Sequence record: OR896834.1
Source of the DNA: Escherichia phage Baret
Reading direction: 5' to 3' (one strand)
Length of the DNA stretch: 64,000 nt
Below are positions 57,698-64,000 of the stretch, in pieces (position 1 is the first letter of the stretch; each line of letters begins with the position of its first letter). The position numbers and the translations under genes are program-made. Under the pieces are notes generated by a model. That model did no database searches, had not been told where the DNA came from, and saw only the letters and a program-made list of their open reading frames with translations.

Positions 57698-58227
57698 TAA
57701 CGGCATTATATGCAGTTGGGCCGAATGGGGAGTTCGGCCTCCGAGGTAAACTCCCTTGGGGTTCCTTCAAAGAAGAACTAGATGCTTTCTACTCTCAACT
57801 GGACGTGTTGAACCCAGATAACATCATCATTGGTGCGGGTACTTATTTAGCACTTCCAGAAGTTATTCGGCAACGTATGATTGGAGAATCTGACCTCTTT
57901 ATTCGTGCGGATCGTCCTCTGCCTGATGATATTAAACATGGTATCTATACCCCAATTTCTAAGATTGGGGATACATTACCTACGTTCTTAAAAGATCAGC
58001 AAACAGTAGTTCTAGGCGGAGCTAATCTTCTCCTAGAAATGTATCAGCATGGACATATAGAAAGTGCTTTTGTATCTACAATCTTTAGCGAGCAGAAGCT
58101 AGAGGCGGATATACACCTAGATAGTATGATACTGGATTATAACTACGAATCCACTCGATTAGTCTATGCAGTTGGCGCAAACAGTGATAACAGCCTGCGA
58201 TTTGTACAGGAATTGGTTACTTATTAA
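57694..58227 (+). CDS. frd: dihydrofolate reductase
   Basis: 177 aa between nrdB and thyA with overlapping start/stop codons; N-terminal MITALYAVGPNGEFG and internal glycine-rich segment. Confidence 0.6.
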   Translation: MITALYAVGPNGEFGLRGKLPWGSFKEELDAFYSQLDVLNPDNIIIGAGTYLALPEVIRQRMIGESDLFIRADRPLPDDIKHGIYTPISKIGDTLPTFLKDQQTVVLGGANLLLEMYQHGHIESAFVSTIFSEQKLEADIHLDSMILDYNYESTRLVYAVGANSDNSLRFVQELVTY

Positions 58228-59066
58228 TGCAACAATACTTAAAAATTTTGACAGATGTAATTTTACTAGGTGAACCCCGTAATGACCGTACAGGAACAGG
58301 CACAGTTTCAATTTTTGATTCCTATGCTAAATTCGACCTACGTGAGGGGTTTCCGGCTGTAACTACCAAACGTCTAGCTTGGAAATCCGTAGTAGGAGAA
58401 CTCTTATGGTTCTTGTCTGGTTCCACAAATCTCCATGATCTACGTGTATTCACATTTGGTCGTGACGAAGGACAGTGGACCATCTGGACTCCAAATTATG
58501 AAGATCAAGCTATAAGTATGGGGTATGATAAGGGTAATCTAGGACCGGTATATGGTAAACAGTGGCGTAACTTTGGTGGGCGAGATCAGATTCTAGAACT
58601 TATTGAAGGACTCAAGAATAATCCTCATGGCCGCAGACATCTAGTTTCTGCGTGGAACGTAGCTGAACTTGATAAAATGGCATTACCACCTTGTCACTAC
58701 GGCTTCCAGTGCTATGTAAGTAACGATGGATACCTAGATCTTAAATGGACACAACGCTCTGTGGATTGTTTCCTCGGTTTACCTTTCAATATTGCTAGTT
58801 ATGCTTTATTAACACATATCCTGGCAAAACTGACTGGATTAAAACCTCGCTACCTTATCTTTAGTGGCGGTGATACTCATATCTATAATGACCATATGGA
58901 ACAGGTAGAAGAACAGGTAAAACGTAAACCTCGTTCTTTACCAACTCTAGTAATGCCAGAATTTGTAGATCTCTACGATTTACTGGAGAATAATACTGCA
59001 GCTTGGTCATTCCATTTAGAGGGGTACGATCCTCACCCAGCTCTTAAAGCTAAGATGTCTTCTTAA
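58227..59066 (+). CDS. thyA: thymidylate synthase
   Basis: active-site motif PPCHYGFQCYV and conserved RSVD/C-terminal regions. Confidence 0.9.
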   Translation: MQQYLKILTDVILLGEPRNDRTGTGTVSIFDSYAKFDLREGFPAVTTKRLAWKSVVGELLWFLSGSTNLHDLRVFTFGRDEGQWTIWTPNYEDQAISMGYDKGNLGPVYGKQWRNFGGRDQILELIEGLKNNPHGRRHLVSAWNVAELDKMALPPCHYGFQCYVSNDGYLDLKWTQRSVDCFLGLPFNIASYALLTHILAKLTGLKPRYLIFSGGDTHIYNDHMEQVEEQVKRKPRSLPTLVMPEFVDLYDLLENNTAAWSFHLEGYDPHPALKAKMSS

Positions 59067-59069
59067 CTC

Positions 59070-59097
59070 AAATAGCCCTTCGGGGCTATTATATTTA
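59070..59097 (+). terminator. stem-loop terminator after thyA
   Basis: ATAGCCCC-ttc-GGGGCTAT hairpin followed by T-rich tract. Confidence 0.5.
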
Positions 59098-59105
59098 AAT
59101 TTCAT

Positions 59106-59134
59106 TTGCTTACTGAGTGAAATTTAGATATAAT
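59106..59134 (+). promoter_or_regulatory. sigma70-type early promoter (TTGCTT-17-TATAAT)
   Basis: -35 59106-59111, -10 59129-59134. Confidence 0.7.
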
Positions 59135-59158
59135 ATATTTTATAAATCGGAGACAACT

Positions 59159-59413
59159 ATGGGACTATTTAAAAAGAAAGTTTATTTAACACAAAGTCAA
59201 GAACGTAGGTTCTTAGCTCTGTCTCAGTATTATCACTTACCTTTCGATCATTTTGTAGAACGGGCGTTAGAACAATTCATAGAAAAGGAATTAAAGGCAA
59301 TTAGACCTGAACCGCCAAGAGTACTAAATGATGCACAGAGAGGTCAACCATGTATTCCTCCTATGCCGCCAATTCCTCCAGCGACTAGGGTAATTATAGA
59401 AGGCGAAAACTAA
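59159..59413 (+). CDS. hypothetical protein
   Basis: 85 aa from ATG 59159 downstream of promoter; Pro-rich C-terminus. Confidence 0.45.
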   Translation: MGLFKKKVYLTQSQERRFLALSQYYHLPFDHFVERALEQFIEKELKAIRPEPPRVLNDAQRGQPCIPPMPPIPPATRVIIEGEN

Positions 59414-59682
59414 TGTCTATTCTTTTATCTGCTTTAGAAGCAAAACAAAATACTATTGCTGTTATTAAACAGGAAGTACTTAATCTAGAGTCACTTATTG
59501 CCGTAGAGATTGATAAAGCAATCAAAGAAAAAGAATTTAACTGCCATATTCAGGGATTAACTGAATATTCAGAAAACGCCAGAAACAGCGTTATGCAACG
59601 ACTCACTAAACTAGGCTACGTCGTAGAAGCTAAGTATGAGCAGCGTGAAGGTTTTTGGCTTGAAATTGACTGGAGCAAATAA
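59413..59682 (+). CDS. hypothetical protein
   Basis: 89 aa; start overlaps upstream stop. Confidence 0.45.
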   Translation: MSILLSALEAKQNTIAVIKQEVLNLESLIAVEIDKAIKEKEFNCHIQGLTEYSENARNSVMQRLTKLGYVVEAKYEQREGFWLEIDWSK

Positions 59683-60158
59683 TGTCGGTTTTCCACATTT
59701 ACACAGATGGTGCTTGTAAGTCTAACCCAGGTCCAGGTGCTTGGGGATTTATTGTCTATGATGATAACGATGATCGTTTAGGTTCTAAATCTGGATATAG
59801 TCCTAAAACTACAAATAATGAGATGGAACTCACGGCTATTGTAGAGGCTCTACGTTGGTCAGTTAAAAAAGATAATAGACCAATTGTTATCTATACTGAT
59901 TCTGCTTATTGCAAAAATGGTATGGAAAGTTGGATGTTTTCTTGGCAAAGGAAAGGCTGGAAGAAAGCAGATGGTGAAGTTCCTCTTAATCTAGAACTTT
60001 GGCAGGAAGCATTTAAATTAACACAGCAGTATATCAACTTTCATAATACTAACCCTACCTTTATTAAGGTTAAAGGACATTCTGGTATTAGTGGTAATGA
60101 AGCTGTAGACGCCTTATGTAACACAGTTATTACTGAAGCTGAAATGGCTGAGATGTGA
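59682..60158 (+). CDS. rnhA: ribonuclease H (RNase HI type)
   Basis: N-terminal YTDGACKSNPGPGAWGFIV and TNNEMEL, YTDSAY motifs. Confidence 0.85.
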   Translation: MSVFHIYTDGACKSNPGPGAWGFIVYDDNDDRLGSKSGYSPKTTNNEMELTAIVEALRWSVKKDNRPIVIYTDSAYCKNGMESWMFSWQRKGWKKADGEVPLNLELWQEAFKLTQQYINFHNTNPTFIKVKGHSGISGNEAVDALCNTVITEAEMAEM

Positions 60159-60179
60159 TAAATAAATTAAAAAATTTTC

Positions 60180-60208
60180 TTGCTTAAAGCCCTCTAATTT
60201 AGTATAAT
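60180..60208 (+). promoter_or_regulatory. sigma70-type early promoter (TTGCTT-17-TATAAT)
   Basis: -35 60180-60185, -10 60203-60208. Confidence 0.7.
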
Positions 60209-60235
60209 ATTCGTATTGAAAGTGAGGAGGGCTTT

Positions 60236-60514
60236 ATGAGAATTTATAACTCAAATTCATTAGGATTTAAACCGTTGAGAAAACGTGCACAATCACCTCG
60301 TCAAATAAGAAAGGCTAATATTGGTGAGCCAGAAACACGTCTTCCACCTCCTCCGGAACAACGTTTAGTTTATCTGGATGAAGAATTAGCTGAACGCGAA
60401 AGAAAAGCTCAAGAAGAGATTGAGCGTAAGAAAATGTGTACTGCTCCAGCATATAATAAAGGAGCGTATCAATATGTTTCCGATGCAGAACAAGCCAAGA
60501 TGGTTGGTAGATAA
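60236..60514 (+). CDS. hypothetical protein
   Basis: 92 aa; GAGGAGGG RBS. Confidence 0.45.
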   Translation: MRIYNSNSLGFKPLRKRAQSPRQIRKANIGEPETRLPPPPEQRLVYLDEELAERERKAQEEIERKKMCTAPAYNKGAYQYVSDAEQAKMVGR

Positions 60515-60530
60515 TTTTTAAAAAATTCAT

Positions 60531-60559
60531 TTGCTAAACGCTTCAAATTCTCGTATAAT
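60531..60559 (+). promoter_or_regulatory. sigma70-type early promoter (TTGCTA-17-TATAAT)
   Basis: -35 60531-60536, -10 60554-60559. Confidence 0.7.
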
Positions 60560-60597
60560 ATACTTCATAAATTGATAAACAAAAAGGAAAATAAATA

Positions 60598-61113
60598 ATG
60601 GCTAAGCAGAAAAACGCAAAAACTCAAGCAGCCCCGGCAGTTAAAACTTTCCCTCAGACTGAGGCTAACCGCAAAGCTCGTCTGGAACGCCACCTGCGCA
60701 AGCACCCTACTGATGCTCAAGCTGCACAGGCACTGAATCGTCCGGCTCCGATTCGTCAAAAGCCGAAGGCTAAGAATACCACTCGTTCTGTAGCCCGCCT
60801 TGTGACCTATGTACAGGGTTATGGTCACAAATCTGTTCCAGTAGCACTGAGTTTCAATGCTGGAGCAGAATTGTTCCCTCGTAATGGCATGGCCATGAAA
60901 GATTACGAGAAAGCAGTTAACCAGAAACGCAAACCAACGGCAGATGTATTGCGTGATACTCGTGGACAGTTTGGTTCTGTTAAGCCAAATATCTTCGGTG
61001 TAGGGTATAGCAAAGATAATGTTCGTGCTCTATGTTACGGTGTAGGCATTAAGTTCACGGGTGATTCTGCTCGTAAATCTGCTAAACCAGCTCGTAAACG
61101 TAAAGCGAAGTAA
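60598..61113 (+). CDS. hypothetical basic protein (Lys/Arg-rich), probably abundant
   Basis: 171 aa; strong high-expression codon bias; N- and C-terminal basic tracts (ARKSAKPARKRKAK). Confidence 0.55.
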   Translation: MAKQKNAKTQAAPAVKTFPQTEANRKARLERHLRKHPTDAQAAQALNRPAPIRQKPKAKNTTRSVARLVTYVQGYGHKSVPVALSFNAGAELFPRNGMAMKDYEKAVNQKRKPTADVLRDTRGQFGSVKPNIFGVGYSKDNVRALCYGVGIKFTGDSARKSAKPARKRKAK

Positions 61114-61122
61114 TAGATAAAT

Positions 61123-61138
61123 AGGGGCAGAAGCCCCT
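61123..61138 (+). other. GC stem-loop (AGGGGC-agaa-GCCCCT) without U-tract
   Basis: inverted repeat read directly; same hairpin family as 30022-30035 and 61403-61416. Confidence 0.35.
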
Positions 61139-61176
61139 ACAATCTACTAATTCTCTAACTAATCAAGGATATTTTT

Positions 61177-61392
61177 ATGTTCTCTAAGAAACCACGTTCC
61201 GTTACTGAAATCGTTGCTTCCTTTACCACTATCACTGATGAGCTTCAAGCTCGTATTGAGGCTGATCAAAAAATTGCGGCGGATATTCAGAAACAGCAGG
61301 AAGAACTCGCTTTAAAGTTGGCTGAAACCAACAAGAGTGAAAAATCTGCCCAAACTATTATGGAAAATATCCTTAAACTGCTGGGCAAGTGA
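61177..61392 (+). CDS. hypothetical small coiled-coil protein
   Basis: 71 aa; AAGGA RBS. Confidence 0.45.
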   Translation: MFSKKPRSVTEIVASFTTITDELQARIEADQKIAADIQKQQEELALKLAETNKSEKSAQTIMENILKLLGK

Positions 61393-61399
61393 TTTAAAT

Positions 61400-61425
61400 C
61401 AGGGGGCGAAAGCCCCTCTTATTTG
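61400..61425 (+). terminator. stem-loop terminator (GGGGC-gaaa-GCCCC) followed by T-rich tract
   Basis: hairpin plus CTTATTT. Confidence 0.5.
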
Positions 61426-61433
61426 GAGAAACT

Positions 61434-61670
61434 ATGCGTAATTTTGTAGCAAAGAATGATTTTAACCGTGCTAGCACTCATAAGTCCGCTAGAGATTATA
61501 CACGACTTTCTAGTCATGAGGTAATGGACACCTGTTATGAAGAGCTGGAAGGTAGCTGGAATGAATGGCCCGACTTCTCTATGGAAGAGAACTGGGATGT
61601 CAGTGAGGATATGCTTCCTGGCTTTAAAGACCCCAAGAAGTGGGAGTCTATTAAAGAGACAGCTCTTTAA
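61434..61670 (+). CDS. hypothetical protein
   Basis: 78-aa ORF with ATG start. Confidence 0.45.
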   Translation: MRNFVAKNDFNRASTHKSARDYTRLSSHEVMDTCYEELEGSWNEWPDFSMEENWDVSEDMLPGFKDPKKWESIKETAL

Positions 61671-61698
61671 TAGTTTTCTACACAGTAAAGGATAAGTT

Positions 61699-62400
61699 AT
61701 GAAAGTAAAACCATTTGGTATGCTAGATATTGAATCTCTAGGAACTCCAGGAGATTGTGGTACTACTCATATCGTAATGCCTTCTTTCGCTTTTGTGGCT
61801 ATGCATGGGGTTGATAAAGACCCTGATCTAGTATTTGTTACTTTGGATGTGCAGGATCAGCTTAATTCTGGTGCCAAAGTTACAGCATCTACTCTAGCAT
61901 TCTGGATGGATCAAGCTAAAAATAGCCCCTCTGCTATCCACATTATGGAAGCTATGAAGGAACGTAATACAAAACTGATTGCCTTCCAAAATGGTAAACA
62001 TCATTGCACTAATAAATTAGGCTCAAACTATGCTGCCTTCTCTATGGCTCAAAATATTATGGAGTTGGCTCTAGGCGAAAATGCTTTGTATTATGGCAAT
62101 GGCCCAGAGTTTGATATGACTATCTACTCTGCAAACACGTTCCATGCTGGAACCAATGAAGAGGTAGTTCCATGGAAATTCTGGAATTTGGGTAATGTTC
62201 GATCTCTTCGTAATCTCTGGATGCAAGCTGGATACAGTTATAAGGCTCTAGAGACCGAAGGTATTAGCTGGGCAATAGCTAAAATGGAGAAGATGGACAC
62301 CATTCGTTATGGGATCTATCCGGTTAAGCACGACCCAGCATTCGATGCCCTAGTTGAGAGTTATTGTGTTGCAGCTATGATCGAAAAAATGAAAATTTGA
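61699..62400 (+). CDS. putative DEDDh-type 3'-5' exonuclease (low confidence on function)
   Basis: N-terminal MLDIESLG (D-x-E motif) and C-terminal H-x4-D (KHDPAFD); AAAGGA RBS. Confidence 0.4.
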   Translation: MKVKPFGMLDIESLGTPGDCGTTHIVMPSFAFVAMHGVDKDPDLVFVTLDVQDQLNSGAKVTASTLAFWMDQAKNSPSAIHIMEAMKERNTKLIAFQNGKHHCTNKLGSNYAAFSMAQNIMELALGENALYYGNGPEFDMTIYSANTFHAGTNEEVVPWKFWNLGNVRSLRNLWMQAGYSYKALETEGISWAIAKMEKMDTIRYGIYPVKHDPAFDALVESYCVAAMIEKMKI

Positions 62401-62401
62401 T

Positions 62402-62430
62402 TTGCTTCCGGCTCCAAAATTCTGTATAAT
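62402..62430 (+). promoter_or_regulatory. sigma70-type early promoter (TTGCTT-17-TATAAT)
   Basis: -35 62402-62407, -10 62425-62430. Confidence 0.7.
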
Positions 62431-62470
62431 ATATTCATAAATTTGAGAAAACAATAAAAGGAAAACAAAT

Positions 62471-62653
62471 ATGCCAGTATCTAAAAATGTTCGTAAAAAT
62501 GGTAAGAAAGCTACTCGTAATCTGGGTATCCGTCGTATGGCTGAACGTCAATCAGGTATCCAGAAAATCTTTGATCTGCTAAATCGTGCTAATCCTAAAA
62601 TTGATAACAGTAATGATACTGTTCTGCGCACTCTGCTGGCAATTGGTCTGTAA
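62471..62653 (+). CDS. hypothetical small basic protein
   Basis: 60 aa; AAAGG RBS; high-expression codon bias. Confidence 0.45.
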   Translation: MPVSKNVRKNGKKATRNLGIRRMAERQSGIQKIFDLLNRANPKIDNSNDTVLRTLLAIGL

Positions 62654-62706
62654 TAGACCAAATTTAAACAAATTCAAATCTCAAACTTCATATAAGGAAG
62701 CAAATA

Positions 62707-63345
62707 ATGACTACTCGTATCTCTAAAACTCGCGCTCTAGCAACTATCAAATCTCTGGAAGCTAAAATCCGTAAAGCTACTGAACAACAGCTTCTGATCG
62801 CTGTTGGTGAAGGTAAGGATAAAAATAAGGTTGTAGTTGGCGCTGCAATCGAAGTAGATGATTTATCTGAGCGTATTAAGACAGATTTCCAGTCTCTGCT
62901 GGATATGATGTCTCAGCGTGATCGTATCAAAGCTGCTCTGATTAAGAGCAATGCGGAAACAGTAGTTGAGATTGGCTCTCGTAAGATGACTGTTGCGGAA
63001 GCAATTGAAGCTAAGCGTTCTATGGAGCTTAAAGCTCAACTGCTGGCTAACATGCGTAAGCAGTTCCATGCCGCTACGGTTAAATTTAATACGCAGAAAG
63101 CACAGTTTGATGCTAAATATGAGCGTTTGCAGGATAGCATGGCTACCCGCGATAAGAAAACTTCCGAAGATGAAGTTAAAATGCAGCTCAACCTGCTGGA
63201 ACTCAAGAATACTCCATTCTTGATTGATCCGCTGGAACTGGAGAAGCTGATTAAGCAGCATGACGAGGAATACCAGGACTTTGCAACAAATGTTGACTTT
63301 GTTCTGTCCGAGTCTAACGCCTCTACCTTCATTGAAGTAGAGTAA
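62707..63345 (+). CDS. hypothetical alpha-helical protein
   Basis: 212 aa; AAGGAAG RBS; strong codon bias. Confidence 0.55.
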   Translation: MTTRISKTRALATIKSLEAKIRKATEQQLLIAVGEGKDKNKVVVGAAIEVDDLSERIKTDFQSLLDMMSQRDRIKAALIKSNAETVVEIGSRKMTVAEAIEAKRSMELKAQLLANMRKQFHAATVKFNTQKAQFDAKYERLQDSMATRDKKTSEDEVKMQLNLLELKNTPFLIDPLELEKLIKQHDEEYQDFATNVDFVLSESNASTFIEVE

Positions 63346-63728
63346 TAATTTAAAAGCTAGTAAATCGGTAGACGAAAGCCCAAGCATCTTACCTCGCAGC
63401 AGCGGTTGAAATACGAGGTTAAATAAGACCGCTGACCATACTATAAAGTATAATCTATTGGAGATTATGTTTATTACACCAGCCTTTTAAGCTGACACGT
63501 AAGAACAAAGCGTCGTTGATATTACCGACACAACTTCAAAGATCAACATTTAAGTATGAAAGCTGAAAAGTTTAAAGAACTCAAACTTCTAAACTTCTAA
63601 AGCTAAAAGATGCAAAGTATTCGTTGATGATTCAAACCCTAGATCAAAGGTACATGGCTCATAAGATATGGCCTGTGGCGCCTCTAGGCTGTTTATCGGT
63701 TTACTAGTTTCACAATTTAAAAATGTAT

Positions 63729-63757
63729 TTGCTAATCCACTAAATTATATGTATAAT
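63729..63757 (+). promoter_or_regulatory. sigma70-type early promoter (TTGCTA-17-TATAAT)
   Basis: -35 63729-63734, -10 63752-63757. Confidence 0.7.
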
Positions 63758-63787
63758 ATATTTTTAAATTGATGAAACGAGGCTATT

Positions 63788-64000
63788 ATGACTTTTCATA
63801 TTTTGATTGATGATGTGCGTAATCTTCATGGAATGGACATTATCATTCGAACCCCAGAAGCCGCTGTAGAGTTTCTGAATAAAACTGATACCACAGGCCA
63901 TTTCGTTTATATGGATAATGACTTGGCTGTAGATGGTATGGAAGGTTATCAAATTCTTCGTTTACTCTTAGAATTTGGGCAGAGACCAAAGAAAGTGGTA
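63788..64000 (+). CDS. hypothetical protein, 3'-truncated by window end
   Basis: ATG 63788 with GAGG RBS; open to end of window (71 codons); absent from ORF track because no stop in window. Confidence 0.45.
   Translation, partial: MTFHILIDDVRNLHGMDIIIRTPEAAVEFLNKTDTTGHFVYMDNDLAVDGMEGYQILRLLLEFGQRPKKVV

Noticed and set aside
1-64000. Integrase, excisionase, repressor or att site (prophage or mobile island)
   Set aside because: No tyrosine/serine recombinase or repressor-like ORFs seen; gene content is that of a strictly lytic T5-like phage. The only mobile-type genes are free-standing HNH endonucleases.
1-64000. CRISPR array or other regularly spaced direct repeats
   Set aside because: No repeat-spacer periodicity observed; the only tandem repeats are in-frame coding repeats in the tail-fibre gene.

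Overview
This window reads as a contiguous segment of a T5-like (Tequintavirus-type) lytic siphophage genome of an enterobacterial host, with no integrase, transposase, tRNA or CRISPR array seen. All calls come from reading the sequence and ORF track by eye (motifs, gene order, protein lengths); no database search was run. Layout: (1) 1-24839, + strand: late structural module in T5 order (large terminase, HNH endonuclease, portal, Ig-like decoration protein, prohead protease, major capsid protein, head/tail completion proteins, tail tube protein, candidate frameshifted chaperone pair, tape measure protein, distal tail protein, baseplate hub, pb4-like fibre protein, collar protein, two L-shaped tail-fibre genes). 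(2) 24896-46793, - strand, convergent across a bidirectional terminator: early replication/recombination module (dUTPase, flap endonuclease, SbcCD-like nuclease, two paralogous HNH homing endonucleases, SF2 helicase, family-A DNA polymerase with TTG start, primase, DnaB-like helicase, multi-HTH DNA-binding protein, NAD-dependent ligase split into two ORFs, large P-loop helicase). (3) 46872-47397: an ORF-free, compositionally distinct island. (4) 47398-52644, - strand: small early genes (tandem paralogs, HAD-like hydrolase, Sir2-like protein) and anaerobic ribonucleotide reductase nrdD. (5) 52997-64000, + strand: phoH, nrdA, nrdB, dihydrofolate reductase, thyA, RNase H and small unknown genes. 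Early regions are punctuated by at least 18 near-consensus sigma70 promoters of the T5 PN25 type. I found no single clear-cut novel system; the most interesting candidates are the ORF-free island, the zinc-ribbon-less Sir2-like gene, a 23-nt element repeated after late terminators, the split ligase and the mosaic tail-fibre locus.
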